From a phage, in the sequence record PZ445442.1: 64,000 nt of DNA, one strand, 5' to 3'. Below, piece by piece: positions 27,946-37,484 of this stretch. Every line of letters starts with the position of its first letter. Positions within the stretch are counted from its first letter, which is position 1. Below the pieces are notes generated by a model, which saw only the letters and a program-made list of their open reading frames with translations, made no database searches and was not told the DNA's origin. Both the position numbers and the translations under genes were made by a program.

Positions 27946-28080
27946 ATGAGAAAGATAATCATCACCTTGGGGATTGTGGCTGGATCGCTGGCGCTCTTTC
28001 CCCTTATGGTTAGGTATGTGCTGATCAGTATTGTCCTGGTAGTCAGTGATCTATTGGGAACGGTTGGCACCTTGTTTTAA
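27946..28080 (+). CDS. small hydrophobic peptide (44 aa)
   Basis: ATG immediately after upstream stop; MRKIIITLGIVAGSLALFPLMVRYVLISIVLVVSDLLGTVGTLF; weak SD. Confidence 0.3.
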   Translation: MRKIIITLGIVAGSLALFPLMVRYVLISIVLVVSDLLGTVGTLF

Positions 28081-28092
28081 AGAGCGATAAAA

Positions 28093-28284
28093 ATGAATAT
28101 CGAACAAGTTAGAAAGGTATTGGCGGTACTGCGTTATCATAATCATAGAAAGGTTATAGACGATCCTGATTATGTTGATTCAAGTCTGGAAGGGGATACA
28201 CTGCAAGCCATAAGCAACATGCAAGAATTGCTCAAGCGCATGACAGAGAAAAACCGACCGGACTACATAGGCGAAAAAATATAA
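28093..28284 (+). CDS. hypothetical protein
   Basis: Track ORF. Confidence 0.5.
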   Translation: MNIEQVRKVLAVLRYHNHRKVIDDPDYVDSSLEGDTLQAISNMQELLKRMTEKNRPDYIGEKI

Positions 28285-28300
28285 TCCTTATAAACTACAA

Positions 28301-28329
28301 AACAGGGCTTGCAATGGTCCTGTTTTTTG
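28301..28329 (+). terminator. rho-independent terminator
   Basis: AACAGG-GCTTGCAATGGT-CCTGTT stem followed by TTTTG. Confidence 0.5.
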
Positions 28330-28495
28330 TTATACTTGTTTCACGGCAGGCACCTGGCGACGGGTGGAGACAATCACCGGGCCTGCCTGTCATATAAGAA
28401 CTATAAAAACCGTTGACATCTGCCAGGTGGTGGGGTAACATTTATCTTGAAGGGGCAAAAGTGCCCACACAACAACCAGAAGAGAGGAAAACATT

Positions 28496-28768
28496 ATGTC
28501 AAGCTGGATTAATCAAGAAGTCGAATCACGTTTTAATGCTATTTGGGATCTCATCGAAAAAGAGGACGGAACATCAAGCCCTTATCTCAATAATCTTGAA
28601 TTCCATTTCGTGGAAGCGATGAACGCAGAACATGATCACGAAGGTGGTGCGGATGAGTTCGCTAAAGGGTATGGCTTCAACAATGCCAACGAAATGATCG
28701 AGGCGGTTGTACTCCAGGCTGAGGAAGATTATCAATTAAAAACGCTTGAATTCTGCCGCCGTAAGTAA
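28496..28768 (+). CDS. hypothetical protein
   Basis: Track ORF; TTGACA..TAACAT promoter-like element, GGGGCAAAAGTGCCC leader hairpin, AGAGAGGAAAA SD. Confidence 0.55.
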   Translation: MSSWINQEVESRFNAIWDLIEKEDGTSSPYLNNLEFHFVEAMNAEHDHEGGADEFAKGYGFNNANEMIEAVVLQAEEDYQLKTLEFCRRK

Positions 28769-28828
28769 TAAGATAATGACACGGGCCAAAAGGCCCACTA
28801 ATCAGAACCACACAAAGAGAGAAAGAAA

Positions 28829-29047
28829 ATGACAACCCGTAAAATTAAAGTTGTTTGCATTGAATCGACTGGGGGCGCTTTTGTAGTTGGTCAGGAATAT
28901 AATGCGGTTTTAATGGGTACGGATTGGAAGGTTAAAGGCCTTAATGGTTACGAGTACGGCACTACTTGCGGCTTGCGTGGTCGAATCGGATACGTGAGTT
29001 TAGACAACAAAGAAAAATTTGTTTTCGACACCGTTGTGAGTAAATAG
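28829..29047 (+). CDS. hypothetical protein
   Basis: Track ORF; GGCCCAAAAGGCCC leader hairpin and AAAGAGAGAAAG SD. Confidence 0.55.
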   Translation: MTTRKIKVVCIESTGGAFVVGQEYNAVLMGTDWKVKGLNGYEYGTTCGLRGRIGYVSLDNKEKFVFDTVVSK

Positions 29048-29125
29048 CATGAATTGCTAAAGACTGATCTGCGAACTGCTGTATTATCAACTAATCAAAA
29101 CGAACCGCATAAAGAGGAAAACATC

Positions 29126-29389
29126 ATGAAACGTCTGGATCAGCTTAAATTAGTTCAGTACATGGCCTACAGAATTCTTGAAGTCCAAAAAGGTAGCAAA
29201 AAAGAGGTTTGCGAGAAAGCTTATAAGATCTTTACTCGCAAAAAAGATGACTGGATGCTACGCCAGACCAAAAAATCCGATATCCTGGGGTACCTGGAAG
29301 AAGAGATCCGGCTTGAAGAACAAGAAGAGATCCGCCGCAGTGAGGCAGATTATCAGGCAGCTTGGGAAAACTGGATGAGCAACAAATAA
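29126..29389 (+). CDS. hypothetical protein
   Basis: Track ORF 29054..29389 trimmed to ATG 29126 after AAAGAGGAAAA SD. Confidence 0.5.
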   Translation: MKRLDQLKLVQYMAYRILEVQKGSKKEVCEKAYKIFTRKKDDWMLRQTKKSDILGYLEEEIRLEEQEEIRRSEADYQAAWENWMSNK

Positions 29390-29455
29390 TACAACAAGTT
29401 ACGGTCAGGGGGGTAATAAAGCCCCTTGATCACATAAAAATTATGCTATCCCTGG

Positions 29456-29484
29456 TTGACAGGGATCGGCAGTTTTGCTATATT
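29456..29484 (+). promoter_or_regulatory. sigma70-type promoter (TTGACA-N17-TATATT)
   Basis: Hexamers read from sequence upstream of gene 29534. Confidence 0.5.
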
Positions 29485-29533
29485 CTTTTTTGAAGGGGAG
29501 TTGTAAGAAAATTAACTAAGAGGTAAAAACACC

Positions 29534-29953
29534 ATGAACATTAAATCTAATAATCCGGCATATAGCTTTGATAACGCTTTTTGTCACGGTCCGGCGGCGA
29601 AAGGATTCGAAATCGATGGTAAACTAATTATTGTCAATGTTGACGGGGAAGAGGTTGCAGTATATCCGGTGGCAGACGTTAAAAGCCGTCTACAATGCCG
29701 CATGGATGTTACCGCCTATCAGCTTGATCCGGTCCGCATAGTTGCCCTGGTCCTGGAAGAAGAAATTAAAGCCATGCACCATAGCAACAGATTTATTGGT
29801 GACGCGCAGGATAATATGAAAGTATGCCGCCATAAAGTTAATGAAGTGCTTAAAGAGTACGGCTATAAAGATCTTATGATCAAACGCGAGGAAAAATTCC
29901 GCTACCGTAACGACCTGGCAAATCGGATTTTTGAAATATACGAATCATTATAA
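29534..29953 (+). CDS. hypothetical protein
   Basis: Track ORF; AAGAGGTAAAAA SD. Confidence 0.55.
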   Translation: MNIKSNNPAYSFDNAFCHGPAAKGFEIDGKLIIVNVDGEEVAVYPVADVKSRLQCRMDVTAYQLDPVRIVALVLEEEIKAMHHSNRFIGDAQDNMKVCRHKVNEVLKEYGYKDLMIKREEKFRYRNDLANRIFEIYESL

Positions 29954-29971
29954 TTTTTTAACTGAATTATC

Positions 29972-29997
29972 AAGGGGCTTAGGCCCCTTTCTTTTTG
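29972..29997 (+). terminator. rho-independent terminator ending the rightward block
   Basis: AAGGGGC-TTAG-GCCCCTT stem followed by TCTTTTTG. Confidence 0.55.
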
Positions 29998-30599
29998 TCT
30001 GCTCTTCCCCCTACCATAAACGGCCCTACCTGGCAAGTGGAATAATTGACGAGCCATCAATCCCACACACTGTACAAACATACATATAAAATAACTATTG
30101 CATAATTTTTCATTGTGTGGTAGCAGGGCCATTTTTACACATTTTTCCTTCCAAAATTGCACGTAATGCAGCATTTGCACAAAATTTAACCTGATGCATA
30201 TATTCAATAGCTTGTCAACAACTAAAAATCTTTATAAGTCATACACTTACATAACTACAAAAGCGTTTTCTACGTGAAAAATCGAGTATAACTATAGCCG
30301 CCAGATCTCAGAATTTACGTACGCTCGCCATTCTATAGCCTGCTAAGCATTTATTCCAACCATAGAATAACGGAATAGTCAATACCTGCATAAAATAATT
30401 ATTCGTGTAAACTGCATAACATAAATCGGCCCAGGTGTCAACATTTTTCGTAAACAGTCTGGAATTGTCACGTTAGGTTACCATAAGCAGAGAAATCTTT
30501 AGTCGTCTAATGTTTACTGTACGTTACTATATTAACTGAAATCATTAGATGACTAATAGAAAGATAAGAAATAATTAACAATACAATTATTTTATCTGT

Positions 30600-30960
30600 A
30601 ACAATAAGGCAACTATGCAAACGAATGGCATGGCGCGACGGAGTCGCGACATAATATAAAAGCAGTAACCATCACCCCCGTGATAGTTTGTCTGCAAACT
30701 ATTAATCAGATCATAGTTGCCTTGTATTTAGTTAATCATGACATAACAAGCAAGGCAACTATAGATCTTCTAATAGTTGCCCTGCTTTTATATTATGTCA
30801 TAAATTATTAACATGCAAACGAATGGCATGGCTTATAATTTTTGAGAAAATAGTCTATACGTGAACAGTAAGGCATGCAATAGTAACAATTGTTATTGTA
30901 TCCAGTGTGTTGAGTATGCCCAGTATGTCACCATTGTGTCCAGTATGTCAGACAAGTTTT
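30600..30960. repeat. cluster of inverted and direct repeats in the convergent non-coding region
   Basis: 9-bp site GGCAACTAT at about 30608 and 30754, its complement ATAGTTGCC at about 30713 and 30773; 19-bp direct repeat TGCAAACGAATGGCATGGC at about 30616 and 30814; 18-bp inverted pair GACATAATATAAAAGCAG (about 30648) / CTGCTTTTATATTATGTC (about 30782); CCAGTATGTCA x2 at about 30920-30950. Confidence 0.5.
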
Positions 30961-32399
30961 CCTCCTCTTTGTCAAGTGCTGCATGAAAAATTTACAAACT
31001 GGTATGGTAGCATTTTTGCGGCCCTGTTTACATTCAGTAATGTATGTATAATCCTTGTTGTGTGGGCGTTTAGACGTCTAGACGGTTGGAAGTCTACAGG
31101 TCAATATCTAATCTATTGGCTGCTAACTATATCCCACACAAATAGTAAGAAATATGATTGTTATATGCGTAAACTGTAACTCATGTTATCAATCCCTGTA
31201 TGTATCACCAGTGGTGCGCATAATGGGTATTATGTTAAATTGCCCGTAATGATAACTATTCTCACAATGATAGGTATTCTCATTCACCCCAACAAAATAG
31301 GTTGCAAATGTTGTGCCACTGTGTGAACGGCCTCACCTATTAATTTGCCTCACTGCCTCGATATTTGAGAATTATTATAAAAATGAGAAGTATTCCCATT
31401 CCGTCCGCCTGGCAGCACTCCAGTCGCTACGGCTCCTGACAGGGCAGCACTCCTGTAGGTCAGGTCAAAATCGGGGTAGAACTGGACCTGTTCAGATATT
31501 TCTGGCTGACTCTTCAGGTCTGTGTGGGAAAAGCCAACCTCTCCGGCGGGGCAGGGGAGGTAAATTAAAAAATTTACGTGGTGTATGAAGAGCCCTTCAG
31601 GTAAGGCATGTATTATAGGATGAAACCCTCTTCAGGCATGATATTTGTGGGTGTGATATTTGCTGGAAAGCCAGATATGACGGGACTCCCGGCGGGGCAG
31701 GGGTAGTACAGACGGGGAAATATGGGGATGTAGTTGGGGAAATTGATCAGGCAGGTGGGGTATAGGATATGTTACAAGTATGTTAAATATGGAGGTTGAA
31801 TATCTGTAGGATTTGTGTGTAAAATCAAAGACTTAAGTGGTGTTGTGGTATTTTCTATAAATAATTCAAGTTTAATAGGTAATATTTGCCTCTATCCACT
31901 TTGTGTGGTAAACAGATTCAGATGAGATTAGTTTACAAGTGTATACATAATATACAAATTAAAGATACAGGAAACCCCCCTCCCCCTTCGGCTACCATTC
32001 ACCTTTTCCTCTGACTGGTACTTAAACACTTATTCAGACTCTTCAGGTTATCACCCATATATCATATGGCAGTGACTGGTGTCCTCCGGCCCCTCTTTCG
32101 TCACCCGTCCGCTTCGCCATGCTAATGCCATAGCCAAAGGTTCGGTTGTTCACCCTGTTCACTCAGGTGTATCTCCATACCCCTTCAAACCGAAGAGAAC
32201 AGAAAACCCGAATTACTCGGTAAAAGAAAAGAGAAGAACTTAATTTTATCAGGATAGGCAAGAATGTCAAGGCATGACTGCTCACTAAACAAGCAAACAG
32301 TCATGTGTGGGAGGTAAGTGATTGTGGTGGTGGGAAATTTAGTTGAAAGATGTGTTATAGGTGCGCTTCCAGCACTTTAGCCGGGCAGCTAATTGTGTG

Positions 32400-32615
32400 T
32401 CAGTCCAGCGGTTCATCCTCTACTTCACTGAAATCAATGTTCATGGTCTCTTCCCAACCATCGATCTCAGCACAAGAGTGGAGTTCTTTAGGGTTTACTC
32501 CCAAAGCCTCAGCAACAGAGTCTATATTTAACACCTCTGGCAGGTATGATTCATCGAATTCAAGGTAAATCAGGCCACGAGTGTTGTCAGCTCCACCAAA
32601 TATTTCTATCTTCAT
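32400..32615 (-). CDS. hypothetical small acidic protein
   Basis: Track ORF; last gene of the leftward block. Confidence 0.5.
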   Translation of the reverse strand: MKIEIFGGADNTRGLIYLEFDESYLPEVLNIDSVAEALGVNPKELHSCAEIDGWEETMNIDFSEVEDEPLD

Positions 32616-32736
32616 GAAATCTCCTCTGGAAATGAGAGTGTGAACAGGGTTTTATACGTTCCAATACGCTGGAATTATGCTCGTTTTCCTCTTCAGGCCA
32701 TGCTTTAGCATGAGGAACCTGTGTGGGCTCGGTGCT

Positions 32737-33150
32737 TCATAGTCTACCACCTCTGAACTCTTCGTGCTCAGGCATAATAGAGAACCAGATATCTACGATG
32801 TCCTCCCACGTCAGGTCATTAGCCTCAGGATCTGTCTGGGGCGAAGATGAAGAATCTTCAGAATCGAAGTTTTCCTCTTTCACTGGCTCAGTCAATGGAC
32901 ATATGGTCACTCCTTCAGATGTTTCTTCAGATGCATGTGTGTTGATCATGTTCCACCCGTGAGTATTCCGGCAACAGCCGCTATGGACGTAATGATCATC
33001 AGGATCACCACTAAAACTTCGGACAATGTTCTCATTGTGTATCCCATATTCTCCAAACGATGTGTGGATACTATCACGAGAGCGGTAATGTGTCAACAGA
33101 AACGCCGCGAGGGTTTGGTTAAAATCCGAGCGTATGGTGATTTGGGTCAA
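32737..33150 (-). CDS. hypothetical protein
   Basis: Track ORF. Confidence 0.5.
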   Translation of the reverse strand: MTQITIRSDFNQTLAAFLLTHYRSRDSIHTSFGEYGIHNENIVRSFSGDPDDHYVHSGCCRNTHGWNMINTHASEETSEGVTICPLTEPVKEENFDSEDSSSSPQTDPEANDLTWEDIVDIWFSIMPEHEEFRGGRL

Positions 33151-33309
33151 AACGGACGTGCGTTCTCGCTACGCTCGAAAGAGAGATTTGTTTGTAGGAA
33201 GCTCTTAAACGCTCTGTAATTAGATTATCTGTCTAAGGTAGGCAATCGTGCACCAGATAAAGAAAAGGACGCCACAGAGCGTCCTAGGTGTCTTAAATTT
33301 GATATTTTG

Positions 33310-33621
33310 CTATACCCATGAGGGCTTATCAAGGTTGGAGTAGCTGAAAGGTGTCAAAAGGTGACTGTCAAAATCTCTCAAACTATCCAAATCTTTTTCC
33401 TCGTCCTGACACCATCTGTGCCTACACTTATTGTTGTAGTGCATAGAATGCATAGCGTTCTGCAACTTAACAGGCACAAGTGATTCAGGAGTAGATAGTA
33501 TTGTCGGGTATGCCAGAACCACCTCAAACAGTGGAAACACATCGAAACTAAAGTCTACCTCTGCAGAGGTTGATGGCATGTAAGAGTATTTAGCCGCCTT
33601 TGTAGACATAATCCACCTCAC
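33310..33621 (-). CDS. hypothetical protein
   Basis: Track ORF. Confidence 0.5.
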   Translation of the reverse strand: MRWIMSTKAAKYSYMPSTSAEVDFSFDVFPLFEVVLAYPTILSTPESLVPVKLQNAMHSMHYNNKCRHRWCQDEEKDLDSLRDFDSHLLTPFSYSNLDKPSWV

Positions 33622-33944
33622 ACAGGTTTGATAATACCTTTACCGAATAACTCTTCGTATCTAATCTTATCCGGATCCCACTCCTGGATAATTTCGAAGA
33701 CAATATCCAACCCAGGGATAATCACTTCTCCAGTGTCAAGTTTGGCAAGAACAAAACCAGAAGGCTGAATGGTTTCCCAGTTGCGACGATTGGAATAGAA
33801 GACCTCGAAAATATCACCGACCTTGATCTGTTGATCAAGATGTTCAAGATTCTCTTTCATATAGACGCAGCGTATTTTTCGTGCAGGCCATAGACCGCCT
33901 GCATCACGTTCATTCAATTCTTTTACAGTAATCGGTATACCCAT
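33618..33944 (-). CDS. hypothetical protein
   Basis: Track ORF; 4-nt overlap with downstream gene. Confidence 0.5.
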   Translation of the reverse strand: MGIPITVKELNERDAGGLWPARKIRCVYMKENLEHLDQQIKVGDIFEVFYSNRRNWETIQPSGFVLAKLDTGEVIIPGLDIVFEIIQEWDPDKIRYEELFGKGIIKPV

Positions 33945-33965
33945 CTCAAATCTCCTTCATAGATA

Positions 33966-33991
33966 GTAAAAAGAGGGGCCCAAGCCCCTCT
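33966..33991 (-). terminator. rho-independent terminator (minus strand)
   Basis: On the minus strand: GAGGGGC-TTGG-GCCCCTC stem followed by TTTTTAC. Confidence 0.5.
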
Positions 33992-33999
33992 CTTTGTCA

Positions 34000-34305
34000 T
34001 TATTCTACAGAGCGTTTGAACAGAATGTCTGCCTCAGACATGTGCTCAACCTCTTCTTCGATTTTAGCTCGACGTTTTTCAGCCTCATAGCGAATATCGA
34101 ACTCGGTAGCCACCAGGGATTTGATGAATTTAGGAGAATACAGGTGATCCTGCTTCTCTACGAGAATGATATCCTTAATGGCATCTTTCAGATCTTTAAT
34201 CTGAAGTTGGAGTTCTACCAGTTCTTCGATTGTTTTGCGAAGGCGATCACGCTCTGCAGTGTCAGAAGGAAGAGAGGTGAACAGTTCAACTTTAGATTTA
34301 GCCAT
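34000..34305 (-). CDS. hypothetical coiled-coil protein
   Basis: Track ORF; heptad-like charged sequence. Confidence 0.5.
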   Translation of the reverse strand: MAKSKVELFTSLPSDTAERDRLRKTIEELVELQLQIKDLKDAIKDIILVEKQDHLYSPKFIKSLVATEFDIRYEAEKRRAKIEEEVEHMSEADILFKRSVE

Positions 34306-34333
34306 AGTAAGAGTCTCCTTATGTTGTTTTAAA

Positions 34334-34651
34334 TTAACGTTCTACAAAAATACCGTTCAGTTCAATAACCAGGAATTTCTGGTCTTCGCTATCGTCTCGT
34401 GCCAGCACCTCACAGACGTATCGGTCATCCCCATCATCATCGCAGTCAAATACAAGACTGAGGACTTTATCATGATAAACCTTCGCCACTACCGCCTCGT
34501 AAGTATTGCCGATTGTGAATCCAAGATAATCTCCAATGCATTTGACAACAACATGATCGCCAGCATTTAAGTCAATCTTCGTCATTACTGCGCTCCTTGG
34601 GTAATAATACTGTATGTAAAACTTTAACCAGAGATGTGAATAACGCCCCAA
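34334..34651 (-). CDS. hypothetical protein
   Basis: Track ORF. Confidence 0.5.
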   Translation of the reverse strand: MGRYSHLWLKFYIQYYYPRSAVMTKIDLNAGDHVVVKCIGDYLGFTIGNTYEAVVAKVYHDKVLSLVFDCDDDGDDRYVCEVLARDDSEDQKFLVIELNGIFVER

Positions 34652-34740
34652 AACACACCGATAGCGCTAAAACAGACAAGGCCATCATTAAAGCTTCAGT
34701 AAAATCAGTCATTCCTCACCTCTTGTTAGTCACTATACTA

Positions 34741-35004
34741 TCATTTATCCTTGTCGTCAAGAACTTTTTTAAATCTTTCAGGGATATCTCCCGTTCTTAG
34801 ATAGTTCATGACCTCGCAAGGTTCCCACTTGAATTTCTTACAGAGTAGGGCGGCTGAGATTGTTTCATTGCGAAAAGAAAGGATATTAATATCCCACTCT
34901 GAGAACCCCAACTTCCGAAGGGTAGCTACAGAAATCCTTACCGCAACCCAGCAGCAAAAACATGCAACAAACGCCACTGCTACAACCCACATCAGGATGT
35001 TCAT
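34741..35004 (-). CDS. hypothetical membrane-anchored protein
   Basis: Track ORF; N-terminal hydrophobic helix MNILMWVVAVAFVACFCCWVAV. Confidence 0.45.
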   Translation of the reverse strand: MNILMWVVAVAFVACFCCWVAVRISVATLRKLGFSEWDINILSFRNETISAALLCKKFKWEPCEVMNYLRTGDIPERFKKVLDDKDK

Positions 35005-35093
35005 ATAAGCACCTTACTGAAATACAAGACACAGTGTTAAGGTTACTGACCAGCAAATAATTAACAGTGCCGTTGCAACCTTGGCAAGATTTA

Positions 35094-35381
35094 TCATAGT
35101 GCCTCTAAGATTTCATATCCTTCGGGTCGGAATACAAGCCACTCCGTGGCTCCGTTTGGTCGATACGCTTTATACAGAACAACCTGGTCTCGGCACATGC
35201 ACATGGCTACATAGTTTTCATCCACACCTGCAGCCTGCATTGCATCTTCTTCTCCGGCAACTGCTTTGCTTACAACTTCCTTGGTAGGCAAGTGTGCGAT
35301 CAGCTCGTCACCATCATTAATTCCAAAATGGCTGAGTTCGCCGTTGGTATCTTTAATCTTAATCTTAACCAGATCTTTCAT
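35094..35381 (-). CDS. hypothetical protein
   Basis: Track ORF. Confidence 0.5.
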   Translation of the reverse strand: MKDLVKIKIKDTNGELSHFGINDGDELIAHLPTKEVVSKAVAGEEDAMQAAGVDENYVAMCMCRDQVVLYKAYRPNGATEWLVFRPEGYEILEAL

Positions 35382-35710
35382 TAGTCTTCCCCCAGGTTCA
35401 AAGGTCCTAAGATTTCATATGCCAGATTAGAAGTTACAAGAGGGTCTTCTGCGTCTTTAGTATTATACCACCCGTGAATAACCAGAGTCCCACTTTGTTT
35501 CATGTCCAACTGGAACTCTTCTGCCGTTTCCTCATCCAGCTCCAAGATTTCCATAAGGTATTTGATGTTAGGGAGGTATGCAGCTGTTACAGTCCCCTCT
35601 ACCAGACCTTCAGGCCAACCTACATCTGGATGACAAGTAGGAACCAGGTTGGTCAGCTTAATGGTGTACGCTTTTTCTGCACGAGCCTTCAGTAACGGGT
35701 CAATCTTCAT
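35381..35710 (-). CDS. hypothetical protein
   Basis: Track ORF; abuts neighbours. Confidence 0.5.
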   Translation of the reverse strand: MKIDPLLKARAEKAYTIKLTNLVPTCHPDVGWPEGLVEGTVTAAYLPNIKYLMEILELDEETAEEFQLDMKQSGTLVIHGWYNTKDAEDPLVTSNLAYEILGPLNLGED

Positions 35711-36060
35711 TATTCGTCCTCCTCTTCGGTACCTGCTTCCAGTAATAAGTTAAGAATATCTTCTGCACAAGGCTCATAGAACTCTTGGCCTTCATTATCG
35801 ATGATTTTATAGTCATCTCCACGAATAATCAGGGGATCACTCTCAAAATTATCGAGACCTTTAACAACGACAACACGATCGATTGCCATCATTGTAAGAA
35901 CTTTATCGACATCTTCCTCTGCTACACCATACTGCAGCAGAATGTCTTTGGTAGGAGGAACAGCATCCACCACAACACCGTTACCAAAACCTTCCGGGAG
36001 TTTAGCTAAAATATCTTCCGGAACCACATTCACATCAAAACCAGTAATTTCTACTTTCAT
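35710..36060 (-). CDS. hypothetical acidic protein
   Basis: Track ORF. Confidence 0.5.
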   Translation of the reverse strand: MKVEITGFDVNVVPEDILAKLPEGFGNGVVVDAVPPTKDILLQYGVAEEDVDKVLTMMAIDRVVVVKGLDNFESDPLIIRGDDYKIIDNEGQEFYEPCAEDILNLLLEAGTEEEDE

Positions 36061-36321
36061 TTACAGCACCTCTTCGTCAACTACTTCATAAAAATGGCTT
36101 GGGATTGCAATAGCGTTCTCACCTTCACCCAAGAACACTGTCCCACTAACGATTAACATTAGAAGAACGTCTGCGATACCTTCCTCGGGGACGTTGCCAA
36201 AACCTTTGATCAGCTCGTAGGTTGGAATATTTACCTCTAAGATGTCACCATCTTTAGAACGGAAATCAACACCGTCCTGAATCTCTGCCGTTTCAAGGTT
36301 TTTCAATTTAATCTTCATCAA
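36061..36321 (-). CDS. hypothetical protein
   Basis: Track ORF. Confidence 0.5.
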   Translation of the reverse strand: MMKIKLKNLETAEIQDGVDFRSKDGDILEVNIPTYELIKGFGNVPEEGIADVLLMLIVSGTVFLGEGENAIAIPSHFYEVVDEEVL

Positions 36322-36397
36322 TCGGTCTCCTGTCTTGTTAAGATGAAGGTATTATTTCACACAGGGTTGGCGTTGTCAACACCTGTGTGCAAGAAAA

Positions 36398-36793
36398 TTA
36401 CTGAAACAGTGCAGATAAATTACCTTCTGGTGGGAACTTATCTGCCAAAAACGGTGTTAGCACAGTAGCCTTCTGAAGATCTGGGGTCCACTCGTTGTTC
36501 AGAACATCCCAGTAGTACGCAATATTGCTGTGTGGGTGCCGCATTACGAACTTTTTCCCTTCGTAGTCATCTGAAACCTCTACAGAAGAAATAACAACAG
36601 AATCTTCAAGGGTTTCTTCATAGAAAGATCCACCTTCAAATTTCCAACGAGATGCAAGAGCCCCTGCCTTGAACGCTGCAGATAACGGACTGTCGGCAAG
36701 AACATACATTTCTTGCACTCTGTCGCTGCGATCTTTGCTTCTTACGTTGTATACAGTATCTGAACTATACTCAACACGGTATAGGCTTACCAT
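36398..36793 (-). CDS. hypothetical protein, paralog family A
   Basis: Track ORF; shares a ..HP.S...YW.....W.TP....AT.L.. pattern with ORF 38600..38998. Confidence 0.55.
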   Translation of the reverse strand: MVSLYRVEYSSDTVYNVRSKDRSDRVQEMYVLADSPLSAAFKAGALASRWKFEGGSFYEETLEDSVVISSVEVSDDYEGKKFVMRHPHSNIAYYWDVLNNEWTPDLQKATVLTPFLADKFPPEGNLSALFQ

Positions 36794-37152
36794 TACCGCA
36801 CCTCCTCAATAACTTCCACATCTGAACCTACCACAAATGCAAAAGGGCAGGTTTCATGAAAGACATCCGGATCGCCGCCAAGCTTGCTAACAATCTCTCC
36901 ACCACTAATAAACACAAGCTCACCGATATTCATCAAATTGCTGAAATAGTACCCATAATGATTAAAGAATGCAGCAGGGTCAGGTAGACTGGTAGCCTCA
37001 AGCACTACATCGGTTAAGGTTACTTTCTTATCATAACCTCTCGCCTTTTGAGATGCAAGATCTGCAGAATCCTCAGGCGACCGGAGATGCACAGGGATTG
37101 TTTCACCAATAAAGCGTACTTTCATATTATCACCCAACAACCATAGCTTCAA
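36793..37152 (-). CDS. hypothetical protein
   Basis: Track ORF. Confidence 0.5.
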   Translation of the reverse strand: MKLWLLGDNMKVRFIGETIPVHLRSPEDSADLASQKARGYDKKVTLTDVVLEATSLPDPAAFFNHYGYYFSNLMNIGELVFISGGEIVSKLGGDPDVFHETCPFAFVVGSDVEVIEEVR

Positions 37153-37393
37153 AAGGAGTCATGAACGAATAAACGGCATCATCATCAGCTTCAGGGAATG
37201 CTCCCAAAGACTTCATGTCTGAGCCCTTGACAAATACAAGGTTTTGATCAAAAGCTTCTTGGGGATCAATCCGATACATATTACGTAGAATATCGCTTAC
37301 CTCCTCATCAAGAGGTGAGTATGCTGTGCACGTTTTTCCGATCAAGCTTTGAGAATCAGGGTATCCACCTGAAGTTTTAAAATAAACAATCAT
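37130..37393 (-). CDS. hypothetical protein
   Basis: Track ORF. Confidence 0.5.
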   Translation of the reverse strand: MIVYFKTSGGYPDSQSLIGKTCTAYSPLDEEVSDILRNMYRIDPQEAFDQNLVFVKGSDMKSLGAFPEADDDAVYSFMTPFEAMVVG

Positions 37394-37484
37394 ATAGTAT
37401 CACCTCTGGCAAGAGATTGGGATTCCTTTCCCACAAATAATTACAAACCTTCCTTATCGAGGAAGTATGCTAATCTAAGCAGGA

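Noticed and set aside
30907-31588. Plus-strand ORFs 30907..31179 and 31313..31588 in the non-coding region
   Set aside because: No ribosome-binding sites; they overlap direct repeats (CCAGTATGTCA, CCGGCGGGGCAGGGG) and have odd composition; treated as chance ORFs.
30000-32400. tRNA genes in the long non-coding region
   Set aside because: No T-loop-like GTTCGAATC/GTTCAAATC motifs and no cloverleaf-compatible stems on either strand were seen by eye; a tRNAscan run would be needed to exclude them formally.
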